A stretch of 64,000 nucleotides of DNA from Promethearchaeota archaeon (GCA_016840085.1 JAEOTA010000022.1:1-64000); one strand, 5' to 3'; counted from the stretch's first letter, positions 9,436-20,279 are shown. The notes: generated by a model not told the origin, from the sequence alone. Translations and numbers: made by a program.

Positions 9436-11847
9436 ATGGTGTTAATTTTGGAATTGCAACTAAAAGAAATAGGAATTAAAAATTTTCTTAGTTATAAAGA
9501 TGCTAAATTCAAAGATCTTAAAAATTTTAATGTTCTAATTGGTAAAAATAATTCAGGGAAATCTAATTTGTTTAAACTTTTAGAATTTTTAAGAGAGAGA
9601 TTTAACAGTACAAATTTTAATAAAAATTATCTTTATAATGAAATTGATTCTAAGGCTGAAATTGATTTGAGATTTCTTTTATCAGAAACTCTTCGAGAAA
9701 AAATTTTTCAAAAATTATATAGAGGGAATTATTTACAAAAAGCCTTTATTCACAATGAAACAGATAAAGGATACCTTAAGAGAAATGAATGGAATAAAGA
9801 AGAGATTGCAATTAAATGGTTATTGAATAATGATATTTATAAATTTTTAGATGTTAATCTGAGTTTTTTACCTAATTTAGGTAGAATTATAATCACACGA
9901 ATTTCGATTTATAATGGAAAGTTTGATAAATCTCAGACATTATTTTCAGCAAACTTCGTAAACAACTCTTTTAAGACTGAATATTTAGATTTAGGGGAAT
10001 TATTATCAAGAGATAAGCCTCTCTTATATTTTTTTTCAGATTTTAATTCAACAGAAATTGGTTTTAATCAAAGTCCATTAAATGATATATTTATCAACGC
10101 TAAAAATTTCAATAAAAATCCTGTTTTACATATCTTATTAGAATCTCTTTCAAAAAACTTTTTTAACGCTCTTCATCATATTCCTGATAAGAGGAAATTT
10201 AATCCCGATACAGAGAGAGAAAATATAGCTAATACTAATCTTACTCCAGACGGAACTAACTTTGTCAAATTCATCCATAAAAAAAAATCCTTCAATGAAG
10301 ATGAGTGGTTGAATGAATTTATTGAAAGACTTAGGAATTATATGCCTGAAATAGAAAGATTAGGAGATACTATAGATGCAAATTCTGATCGAGCTATGCT
10401 AATATCAAAAGAAAAAGGATTGGATATGGAATTGAAGTACGAAAATATGGGTGCTGGTATATTGAATATTGCACTTTTTATAGCATATATAATGGAATTA
10501 GAAGATGAGAGTATTTTGTGTATTGAAGAACCAGAATTATTTATATTTCCAGGTCTGCAAAAACTAGTTCGAGATGAGTTTTTAAGAAGTAGTTCGAATA
10601 ATCAGATTTTTATTACAACACACTCACCACATTTTCTTTCGAGAGATTTCAATAATTCTGCAATATATCAGATTAAAAAGATTGATAACTCAACCTCAGT
10701 TATGAAGATTTCAGATGAAAATCTTTTTGAGGTGTTTAAAGAATTAGATTTAAATCTATACGATTATCTTCTCTATGACGGGATTTTGTTTGTGGAAGGT
10801 CAAGATGACCTAAATGTATTTAAAATTATTTCAGATGAACTTTTTGAACCAAAATTTAAAATTATTCAATGTTATGGTAAAAAAAAATTTATTTTTTATG
10901 CAGAAGCTGAAATTTTACATCTACTAACCAAAAGCGACTTAAAATTTCTATTTTTATTAGATTTAGACAGAGGTAACGAAAATATTTGGTTAAAAATTAA
11001 AGATGATAAACTTAAAGAAATTATAGAAGAACACACTCTTAAACTTTTCTCTTATGAAATTGAGAATATTTTTCTTCAACCAATACTAATTATTGATTAT
11101 TTATTCACTAAAAATAAGATTCAAAACTTAGTTGTGGATTCTAGATGGCTATTCGAAAATTTAGAACGCATTTTTATTAAGAAAGGTAAAAATAATTTAA
11201 AATATATCTTAAAAAAATTTATTGATTCTAACTATGATTGGTTTGGGAAAGATGATTATGATTACATATATAATGGAACTGAAAATATTAGTGCGTTGGA
11301 TGATATATATAAATATTGGATTGAGAGAACAGAAGAATTATTAAATAAGAAAGATGAATTTTGTGAAATTAAAATTAATGAGAAAGCTAAGCTCGTTGAA
11401 AATTTCAATGAAATTAAAGAAACATATGTTGAACACTTTAATAAAAAAGAATACTTTAAAATTATTTCTGGTAAAGATGTTATTAAAGAATTAAAGGTTC
11501 TTTTAACGAATAAATTTAAATTATCAGAAACTATTTCAGTAGAGAATTTGTCAATGCATCTATTAAAATTTTTAAATGACTATAACTACATACTTCCAGA
11601 AAAAGGAAAGGAACCTAACATTTTTAATTTTAAAGATGAATTTCTAGCATATGAACAACAGAAAATACCAATAACTGAAGAGCAGTTAATTGATTTTATT
11701 AATTATCTTGAAAAATTGAAGAAATTGATTATAGGAATACAAACAAAATTAAACTGTGAATTCCAAAAGAATTTTGAAAGACTAAATCGAATGGATTTCC
11801 AACAGATGTTTAATTTCTTAATTAAAAGATGGAATCTGAATTTGTAA
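9436..11847 (+). CDS. OLD-family ABC-ATPase + TOPRIM nuclease
   Basis: IGKNNSGKS (Walker A), MGAG signature, CIEEPE (Walker B), ITTHSP (H-loop), LFVEGQDD and LDLD (TOPRIM). Confidence 0.88.
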   Translation: MVLILELQLKEIGIKNFLSYKDAKFKDLKNFNVLIGKNNSGKSNLFKLLEFLRERFNSTNFNKNYLYNEIDSKAEIDLRFLLSETLREKIFQKLYRGNYLQKAFIHNETDKGYLKRNEWNKEEIAIKWLLNNDIYKFLDVNLSFLPNLGRIIITRISIYNGKFDKSQTLFSANFVNNSFKTEYLDLGELLSRDKPLLYFFSDFNSTEIGFNQSPLNDIFINAKNFNKNPVLHILLESLSKNFFNALHHIPDKRKFNPDTERENIANTNLTPDGTNFVKFIHKKKSFNEDEWLNEFIERLRNYMPEIERLGDTIDANSDRAMLISKEKGLDMELKYENMGAGILNIALFIAYIMELEDESILCIEEPELFIFPGLQKLVRDEFLRSSSNNQIFITTHSPHFLSRDFNNSAIYQIKKIDNSTSVMKISDENLFEVFKELDLNLYDYLLYDGILFVEGQDDLNVFKIISDELFEPKFKIIQCYGKKKFIFYAEAEILHLLTKSDLKFLFLLDLDRGNENIWLKIKDDKLKEIIEEHTLKLFSYEIENIFLQPILIIDYLFTKNKIQNLVVDSRWLFENLERIFIKKGKNNLKYILKKFIDSNYDWFGKDDYDYIYNGTENISALDDIYKYWIERTEELLNKKDEFCEIKINEKAKLVENFNEIKETYVEHFNKKEYFKIISGKDVIKELKVLLTNKFKLSETISVENLSMHLLKFLNDYNYILPEKGKEPNIFNFKDEFLAYEQQKIPITEEQLIDFINYLEKLKKLIIGIQTKLNCEFQKNFERLNRMDFQQMFNFLIKRWNLNL

Positions 11848-12105
11848 TATGATTTAATCAGTCAAATCATTAATTTAATTCATTAAATTAATTTTTCCCC
11901 TAAGAATGAGGAGAATATCACAGCAAGACACTAATTATAAAAGAAAATGGGGAAAATAATATATTTGTGTTTGTTTTAAAGAATAATAAGACAAAAAAGT
12001 AATATAACTAATTTAAAATGAAAATTATTTCGATTGAATTCAAGAATCCATTTCAGGTTATATTAATCCAATTAAAATTAACTAAATACAAAATCGGTAT
12101 TTAAG

Positions 12106-14541
12106 ATGGTATTAAATCTTTCAAAATTTAAAGGAATGAAATGCACTCAATGTATTGAAGGTCTTTCACTTAAAAGAAAAAATACAGTTAATTTTGCATA
12201 TTGTGAGAATTGTGGAAAGGTATGGATGCTAGATTATTCTAAAGATGGTAATATAGTGGGATTTGAATGTTATGAACTAAATTTTCTGATTGAATTTAAT
12301 GTTGAGTTACCTTTCAATTTGGGTTTGCCTACAGGGCTTTATTCATATGGTACACCAAATCAACTGAGGATTAGGAGAGATATGTATTATTTTCAAAAAG
12401 GAAATGAATTGGAAAATGTTAGGACAATGCAACCATTTTATTACCCTGAAAAAGAAACCTTTGATAAATTCGGAATGGTTAGGAAAGATCATAAAGATAA
12501 GGGTTTTAAAAGAAAGATGAAAACTGTCTTCTTTAAAAGATTTTCATTATCTGGTATTTTTAAAAGAGGGTTTGAAATCCAAAAGCTCTTAAATGAACCA
12601 AATATGTTAGGGCTCATATACAGAATTCAAAATAAATTCTTGGAATTAGTAAATCAGTTTTTAATGTATTATAGTATTTTTTTTCCAGCGAACAATACAA
12701 AAGGATTAAGTCAACATGAAATAAGACCTATCTCAATATATGAATTCAGTAAATGTTTATTTAACTGCAGAGCAATTATCAACAATAAATCTTATGAAAT
12801 AATCCCGATCATTCAAGATTATACAAATCTCAAAGGATATCCAGACATTTCTTATCTTAATGAAAAAGGAAAATTGGATGAGTTTGAAAAAGTATTACAG
12901 AATCACAAGAATATATCCATTTTAGAATATCAACAGATGTTCATTCTTGCTCGTTCATTATACCGTACAAATAGAAATTTTATGGGAGGGGCAATAATAA
13001 CAATGGCGATGACGTCGTATGAAGCACTTCTATACAGTCTTGAGACGAATCATCCATTTTTTCTAAATTTAAGACTTGTAAGGAAGGATATTTTTAAAAA
13101 ACATCCCGATCTAAAGAAACCTGGGAAAAAATCGTTTGGTTTTCTCGAGTTTTATACAAATTATGCCAGGAGTTCAATTTTTTGGTTAATAAAAAGAGAT
13201 TATATAAATAATTTTGAAAACTCTAAAGAATTGCGCGAGCACTTGAAAAATTTGAATATAATGAGATGGATAAGAAATGATATTGTCCATCGTGCAGAAT
13301 TTAAGAAAAAAGTACAAAAAGAATATAATACTGAAACAGGATTTAAAGATATACATCTTATTAGTTATAAAGATAAAAGGAAAAACAAAGTCTATTCAAT
13401 TGATTTCAATATACTATGGAATAGCTTTCTAAAAATATATGATATTTTAGAAAAAATGATATTAAAAATTAAATACAATAATATTAATTGGGAAATTGAA
13501 TGCATACCAAAATTCGAGTATTTAGGATTTAATACTGAAGAAGGTCGTCACATCTTATCAATGGTCCCCAATATCAATTGGCGAGAAATGAATTCTTATA
13601 AAATTTCAATGGATCCTCCTTCCGTTCCACCAGAATTATTTCCTATTGATTTAAAAACTAATGATAATAAGAAAATCTGTATTAATTTTTCAAAAGAAAC
13701 AGAAAAATTTGAAAGATTTACTTCTATTGAGACTCCAATTAAGTCTTCTTCTAAGGATATTAAAAAATCAATGAAGCAAAAAAAAATTCATATACATTTT
13801 ATGAGGAATGGTCCAAAAATTTATTCAAGTTGTGAAAATTGTGGATATATTTTAGCAATTCATCAACATCATTACTATAAAAATTATAAATGTCCTAAAT
13901 GCAACACAGAATTCGATATACTTAATAAATGGTTAATAAGCGGAAGTGATTATTTAAAGAAATATAATTCTAGAATTGCAATTGAATTTTTTAAAAAAGC
14001 ATTGGAGATAGATTCAGAAAATCCTGAGGTACTAAATAATATCGGTGTATGCTATTTTAATCTTAAAAATTATGAGCAATCAAGAAATCATTTTGAACAA
14101 ATTGATTTGAACTCTATAAAAGATACAAACATAAAAATGGTGGTTATATGTCATAAAGCTATGACTTACTATGAATTAAATCAAAAGAATAAATGTAAAG
14201 AATTGCTTAATAAAGCTTCATTAATTGATCCGGGGAATTGGTTCTTGCTTATAAATCAATGCATTTATCTAACTAATGAAAAACATTCTGATGATGCTTT
14301 GACATTATGTGAAAGTCTAATCGAGAAAGATGAATTTAATCCTGACTTAATGTACTTAAAATCACGTATTTTGACACAAAAAAGAAAATATTCTGATGCC
14401 GTCGCACTTTTATCAAATGCAATCAATCTGGATCCGTCATTAAGAAATAAAGCAATGGAACAAGTAGATTTCGAACCGCTGAAAGATTTAGATGATTTTA
14501 AAAGTATCTTAAATGAAGGAATAAATAATGAAAATGAGTGA
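12106..14541 (+). CDS. Zn-ribbon + HEPN-like + Zn-ribbon + TPR protein
   Basis: CTQC/CENC N-terminal; SYEALL...RNDIVH; CENC/CPKC; TPRs (AIEFFKKALEIDSENPEVLNNIGVCY). Confidence 0.7.
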   Translation: MVLNLSKFKGMKCTQCIEGLSLKRKNTVNFAYCENCGKVWMLDYSKDGNIVGFECYELNFLIEFNVELPFNLGLPTGLYSYGTPNQLRIRRDMYYFQKGNELENVRTMQPFYYPEKETFDKFGMVRKDHKDKGFKRKMKTVFFKRFSLSGIFKRGFEIQKLLNEPNMLGLIYRIQNKFLELVNQFLMYYSIFFPANNTKGLSQHEIRPISIYEFSKCLFNCRAIINNKSYEIIPIIQDYTNLKGYPDISYLNEKGKLDEFEKVLQNHKNISILEYQQMFILARSLYRTNRNFMGGAIITMAMTSYEALLYSLETNHPFFLNLRLVRKDIFKKHPDLKKPGKKSFGFLEFYTNYARSSIFWLIKRDYINNFENSKELREHLKNLNIMRWIRNDIVHRAEFKKKVQKEYNTETGFKDIHLISYKDKRKNKVYSIDFNILWNSFLKIYDILEKMILKIKYNNINWEIECIPKFEYLGFNTEEGRHILSMVPNINWREMNSYKISMDPPSVPPELFPIDLKTNDNKKICINFSKETEKFERFTSIETPIKSSSKDIKKSMKQKKIHIHFMRNGPKIYSSCENCGYILAIHQHHYYKNYKCPKCNTEFDILNKWLISGSDYLKKYNSRIAIEFFKKALEIDSENPEVLNNIGVCYFNLKNYEQSRNHFEQIDLNSIKDTNIKMVVICHKAMTYYELNQKNKCKELLNKASLIDPGNWFLLINQCIYLTNEKHSDDALTLCESLIEKDEFNPDLMYLKSRILTQKRKYSDAVALLSNAINLDPSLRNKAMEQVDFEPLKDLDDFKSILNEGINNENE

Positions 14542-14715
14542 AAAAGAGAAAGAGAGTTATTATAATAAGATCAGCAATTTAGCTAAAATCCTAAAATTTT
14601 ATTTTTGAAGTGATAAAAGAATGAGAATTAAAAAAATTTTAATGGAGCACTATAATAAGTTTTTAAAATTTTTGTTTAGTGGTGTTTTTAACAATGACTT
14701 AAAAATTAAGGGTAT

Positions 14716-16469
14716 ATGCTTCCTTTAAGATTAAATTTTGCTCTAAATCTTATTTTATTATTACTAACTATTCTCTACTATTTCTCACGGAAAAAGGAAC
14801 ATCCTGCACAGAAAATCAAGAATGTTCTTATTACATTTTTCATTATTATGTGTTCTCTTTTCTTTCTAAATTTAGATTCTTTAATCTTTTCTCAAGATTT
14901 AGATTCAATAGAAAATATGATCTTTGGTGGTTTCTCTCCAATAATATTAATCAGTTCACTTATTATATTCATTAATTCATATTTTATAGTAGAACAAGAC
15001 ATTATTGAATTAGACACCCCCTCCAGATATAAATCCAGAAAAGGAACTATTAAACTCGGAAAAACAATGAAAAAAAAAAGAATGAAACATAAATTCTTCC
15101 TTTCATTGAAGGACCTTGAAAGGCATATGTTTGTTTGTGGCGCTACTGGAACAGGCAAAACCAACTTTTTACAATATTTTTTAATGAACTTTAAAAAACG
15201 CTATAATATACCATTCCTATTAGTAGAGTTCAAAGGTGAATATATTTTTCTCCAAGATAAAATAGAAGATTTATTAATAATTAGACCTGGAGAAAACTTT
15301 TCAATGAATATATTTAATCCAGAAGGGGCTAATCCAGAAATTCATGCTGAAAGGATTTTTGATATTTTAAAAAGTGGTCAATTTCTAGACGACCACGCGG
15401 AATTTTCACCCCAAATGCAAAAAGTGTTAGTAGATATCTTAACAATAATTTGTAGCAATCCTCGCCTTCAAAGTTGGAATGGCTTTTATAGAGAGTGTGG
15501 AAAATACTTAGAAGACCAGAAAAAAAAATCCCAATGGTCCATCAAACTCTTATTAGTATCCAAAATAGAATTAGAAGATTTTCGATAGGACCAATAAAAG
15601 CTGTTTTTGCTACAAGATATAAATTAAAAATTAGGGATCTATTCGATAAAAACATATTAATAGATCTAAGCTCTATTATCCGCTTAGGTGGAGAAAAAGA
15701 GGATGCCTTATTCTTTCTAAATATGATCTTAAAATATTTATGGGACAAAAATTTAACATATGGAGCGTATAACTTTAAGGGGATAAAGCACATAACAATT
15801 GTCGAAGATGCACAATATTTTGCGCCAAAAGATAAATCTTCTCAAACAAAAATATCATCTTATCTTGAAGATATTGCGTTATTACAAAGAGGAACTGGGG
15901 AATGCTTAATCTCGATCGCAACACGACCTAATGTAAGCGCAGAGATTCTAGCTAATTGTGGTGTGTTAATAACTTTTAAAAATTATATGTCAAAAGATTT
16001 CCTAAGCAAATTATTAAATCTGAGTGAAGAAAACGAGGATTATTTGTCTTACTTAGAAGAAGGTCAGTGTATAGCACGGGTAAATTCCATCAAAAAACCT
16101 TTTTTACTGTGGATACCATACATTGAAAGGCATTGGCTAAAGAGAGGAGACGTTAATAGAAAAAACAAAATGATCTTAAAAAAGTTTAAAGAGCAAGACG
16201 AAAGAATATCACAAACTACAAATGTATCAAACCCTAAAGTTGAAAACTCTAAGAAAATCTCTCAAAGCGAACGAAACAATCAACATATGGATAAGAATTT
16301 TATAGAAGTTGCTAAAATGAAATATTTTATTGATAACATGTATAATGATGATACAAATACTAAAAAAGAGTTTAATCCGCAAAATTATAGAAAATGCCCT
16401 GAATGCTTTTCAATAATCGAGAAAGCACATAAAAATTGCCCTTATTGCGGATCATTAAAGAAAATATGA
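14716..16469 (+). pseudogene. Membrane-anchored HerA/VirB4-like (DUF87) ATPase with C-terminal Zn ribbon, split by a frameshift at the A9 run 15520-15528
   Basis: ORF1: TM helices and RHMFVCGATGTGKT; ORF2: ITIVEDAQ (Walker B), QRGTG...IATRP, CPEC/CPYC. One extra A would fuse them (~584 aa). Confidence 0.8.
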
Positions 16470-16500
16470 ATAACGCCATTTATAGAATGTTTATTTTTAG

Positions 16501-16714
16501 CTAAAAAAATGCCAACTTTCCTTTCTCTAATTCATAATCTACAAGAAATCCTGATACGGTTTGTAAACTATATTTTTTGAATATTAGAGATTATTATAAC
16601 ATCCCTTACAGAGAAATAACTATCTTTTTATTCAATAAAAAAACCTGCAAAGATACTCTTTTTATATAGGCGATTTCTCTTTTTATAATTAAACATAAAA
16701 TTCAAAAGATAAAA
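16501..16714 (+). repeat. ~210-bp non-coding direct repeat, copy 2
   Basis: Collinear with 8987-9198; lies just downstream of the HerA-like gene. Confidence 0.9.
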
Positions 16715-16816
16715 TTATGTTCAACTCAGGTAAAGAATTTAATCAAAAGAAGCTTTTTTTACATTTTAATGGTTTAGTAGACGAATATATGAATAGGATC
16801 GTTGGGAAACATAAAA

Positions 16817-18082
16817 TTAAATTTTCTCAACTTTAATTGCTTTCCAAGATTCTTTTTGTTTTTTCTTGTCGTAAGAAGGTATTGCTTCACATTTTACTTC
16901 ATCATTATCTTTAACATTTGAGGGTAAAATAGATTTGTCGCATATTATTGATTCTTTTTTAGTATTGATGAAACAGAAAGGTCGATTTTGACGACCCAAA
17001 TTTAAAACACCCATAAATGTCTTTTTTTTTGATTCCTTCATTTTTTGAATTTTAGTATTTATATTTCCTTCTGCTTCCCAAAATTCTTGACAGTGTGAAA
17101 ATATTTGGTTAATTGAACTTAAATTAGAAATATCCGGAAAAGAACCAGATAACTTTTTTATAGAAGACTCTATATCTTCTGGAACAGTCCAACCTTCCTT
17201 TTCTCGAATTAGTTTACTTAATATAAAATGATATAATGCTTCTTTATCTTTTCCTAATTCAACACATAAATTTCCAATTCTATGATAAATATTTACCATT
17301 ATTTTCATAGACTTATTTAAAATCGCAGCTTGATAGAACATTTTCAACGCATTATCTTTAACATTCATCTTCAATAACAAATCTGCATAATCTTTGTAAA
17401 TCCACCAATCTTTTTTATATCTCATTAACTCTTCATATATTTTTGCTGAAACCTCATATCTCTCTGACTCTTTAAAAGATTTAGCTTTTAAATTAAGAAA
17501 GAATTCCTTAATTTGGGGAAACTCATTAATGCATTCATCAATATTAGAAATAACTTCCTCATATTGCCCAATTTTTAGTAATGCCTTATAATAATTATAT
17601 TTCCATCGAGATTTATCACTCCATTTTGTACCTTTTATAAAATCTTTACTTAAATCCTCAATATTCACTTTTTTTAGCCATTTAATTGCATTTTGTAACT
17701 TTTCGTGATTATCTGCTAGTTTTAATAATTTGAAAGCAATTTTTTTTAGTATAATAGGATTAAATGTTATTTTATCGATTTTTTTAGCAACAATTAATGC
17801 TTCAGTAAAACTATTAACTTGTTTAAATGGACCACTTACGAGAGTCCAAGCAACCTCATTTTTTACCCAATCTATTGTGGGAAATAAATCTATTAGACTC
17901 TTAGCAAAAGAAACAGCATATTCAAAATTTTCTAATTTTCTTAAACAATGAAGCAAACCAGCACCTGTATATGCATCTTTTAAAATATCCCAACTTTGTT
18001 TATAATATTCCAATGCCTCTTCATATTTGTTTTCTTTCCTTAAAATATTTGCTTTAATAGCTAAATCTTTTGGTTTCATCAT
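16817..18082 (-). CDS. TPR protein with C-terminal cold-shock/OB-fold domain
   Basis: TPR helices throughout; C-terminal PFCFINT...DEVKCEAIPSYDKKKQKESWKAIKV. ATG at 18082 preferred over TTG at 18151. Confidence 0.75.
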   Translation of the reverse strand: MMKPKDLAIKANILRKENKYEEALEYYKQSWDILKDAYTGAGLLHCLRKLENFEYAVSFAKSLIDLFPTIDWVKNEVAWTLVSGPFKQVNSFTEALIVAKKIDKITFNPIILKKIAFKLLKLADNHEKLQNAIKWLKKVNIEDLSKDFIKGTKWSDKSRWKYNYYKALLKIGQYEEVISNIDECINEFPQIKEFFLNLKAKSFKESERYEVSAKIYEELMRYKKDWWIYKDYADLLLKMNVKDNALKMFYQAAILNKSMKIMVNIYHRIGNLCVELGKDKEALYHFILSKLIREKEGWTVPEDIESSIKKLSGSFPDISNLSSINQIFSHCQEFWEAEGNINTKIQKMKESKKKTFMGVLNLGRQNRPFCFINTKKESIICDKSILPSNVKDNDEVKCEAIPSYDKKKQKESWKAIKVEKI

Positions 18083-18602
18083 TAATAATCCATTGCCTTT
18101 TGGAAATCTATATATAATTATTAAAGTAAATTGAAAATATATATTTTTCAATAAATGTGATTATACTAGCATAGAATATCAAAAAATTATTAATAGATTA
18201 AAAACAACAGATAGATTTCATAGGGGTTATGTACAATTTTATTCGAACAGTAATCTGTTTGTTCAAAAAATTAATAAAAAATATAAATTCAATCTCCCGC
18301 TTTTGTTGAGACAATCTAGCAAGGTTTTTCAGCTCTACGAGAAAAATTTCATGCAAAAATACAAAATTTTATTTACTAAATGATTAAATTCTAAATGAAT
18401 TAATCATAAAAAATTTAAGTAAACAGAAGAATTAAGATATTAACCAAAGCAAAAAATCTAAATTCCTAATATGTAACTTTTAATCATTATTAAAATATCC
18501 TTTACTTTTATGGGATTATAACTCAAAATATAAGAAAAATGATACAAATTATAGAATATGAGCTTAATGAATTTCCTCTAATAATTGAAAAAGGTTAGAA
18601 AT

Positions 18603-20279
18603 ATGTCTCAAAAATCCATAAAATTAAATAACATTCAACTTAGAAATTTCATCGAAGAATTAAAAAAATTAGATATTACGCCTAAGAAATTTCCGGGAAA
18701 TACAGATTCTGAATTAATTCGATTCAAACAGAATGAAAGATTTTTTGTAGTCTATAAAAATGGAACTATACTTAAAAAACCTGATTTTCTTATTGATAAA
18801 TTAATTGAGAGAATTATTTCTGATACTTTAAATGAATTATATCAAGATTTTGATTTGATTATTGGATCTGATGAAGTTGGTAAAGGAGAATGGTATGGAC
18901 CTTTAATAACAGTGGCAGCTTGTATAAAAAAAGAAGATATATTAAAATTTCAAAAAATAGGAATAAGAGACAGTAAAAATTTAAAGAAAAATCAAATTAT
19001 TTCTATTTTTAATGAATCTAATAAATTAAAATTTCAAAGACATTCTGTTACAATTAATCCTCAAAGGTTGAATGAATTATGGAGGGATTTCATTGAGAAT
19101 AATCAAAACTATAATGATCTTATTGCGTGGCAACATCAACGCGCAATTTTAGACTTATTAAAAAAAATAGACATTTCAAAAAGAATTTTAATAGTAATCG
19201 ATAAATTTGATTTAGAAAAAGTAGATAAAAGATTAAAAGATTTGCAAAAGAAGGATAATATTAAAATTCTTCAACTTTCTAAAGGAGAAAGCCATATTCC
19301 AGTAGCTTTAGCAAGTATTATTGCTAAGAATATGTGGTATGAAAAGATTGAAGATATCAATAACAAGTTTAATATATCATTACCAAAAGCTTCCATTGAT
19401 GAAATTGAACCTCAGATAGTTCACCAGATTGGAAAATTATTTTTCAAAAATGTTAGGAAAGTTGTAAATGCATTTTTTTTAAAAAAAAATCTGGAAAATC
19501 TATTATTAACCGAAATAGGAAGAATTGAACTATTCGATAAAAATATTAGAGATATAGTTTTAGAGATTTTCAAAAATGATAAGAAAATCTATAATTATTT
19601 GATTTCAGCTTATAAATTTGACTTTAAAACTAATCAAGTTCAAAGAGAAACATTAAATTCAAAAGACTTTATCAAGGTTATTGAAAACGAGGAACTATCT
19701 AAAAATGAAATAAAATCTTTAAAAGAAAGAGATCCTGATTTTTTAATTAAAAGATTTATACTACATCAATTAAATCAAAAACTAGATGAATTAGATAATA
19801 TTGATTTTAAGTATTGTATTAAACCAGTAAAAAGAATAGCTAAAACCATATCCGCTTTTTGTAATAGATATATTTTAACAAGAACTGATTCATTTATAGT
19901 ATTTGGAGTTAAAGACATAAAAGATATGCCTGATGGTTTTTCAGTTAAAGATAGGATTTTAAATTTAGATAATATGCTTAAAGAATCTAAACTCGCAACA
20001 CCAGAACAATTTCAACTCAAACTTAATGATATTGTTGAAAAACATTTAAAACCTAACCCTGACACATGTTATTCAATTAAAAGTTTAAATTTAAAGGATT
20101 ATGGTCCTTTTAAAGAGGATTGTGAAATTATCATTATTAGTATTAAAAATTTTAATTTAGATAGTCCAATCCATTTTGAGGGTAATGTTTATATTCGTAA
20201 AAATGGAGAAGATAAAATCGCTGCTCATGAAGAAATTGAGCAACTAATGAAAAATATTCATCAATTAAAAGAAAAATAA
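18603..20279 (+). CDS. RNase HIII fused to C-terminal Schlafen/AlbA_2 domain
   Basis: TBP-like N-terminus (FVVYKNGTIL); IGSDEVGKGEWYGPL, GIRDSK, VIDKF, KGESHIPVALASIIAK; then ELDNIDFK, IAKTISAFCN, IVFGVKD, VYIRKNG. ORF track start 18585. Confidence 0.85.
   Translation: MSQKSIKLNNIQLRNFIEELKKLDITPKKFPGNTDSELIRFKQNERFFVVYKNGTILKKPDFLIDKLIERIISDTLNELYQDFDLIIGSDEVGKGEWYGPLITVAACIKKEDILKFQKIGIRDSKNLKKNQIISIFNESNKLKFQRHSVTINPQRLNELWRDFIENNQNYNDLIAWQHQRAILDLLKKIDISKRILIVIDKFDLEKVDKRLKDLQKKDNIKILQLSKGESHIPVALASIIAKNMWYEKIEDINNKFNISLPKASIDEIEPQIVHQIGKLFFKNVRKVVNAFFLKKNLENLLLTEIGRIELFDKNIRDIVLEIFKNDKKIYNYLISAYKFDFKTNQVQRETLNSKDFIKVIENEELSKNEIKSLKERDPDFLIKRFILHQLNQKLDELDNIDFKYCIKPVKRIAKTISAFCNRYILTRTDSFIVFGVKDIKDMPDGFSVKDRILNLDNMLKESKLATPEQFQLKLNDIVEKHLKPNPDTCYSIKSLNLKDYGPFKEDCEIIIISIKNFNLDSPIHFEGNVYIRKNGEDKIAAHEEIEQLMKNIHQLKEK

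Noticed and set aside
9436-11847. Gabija, PARIS or Septu call
   Set aside because: No adjacent UvrD helicase, separate TOPRIM or HNH partner gene
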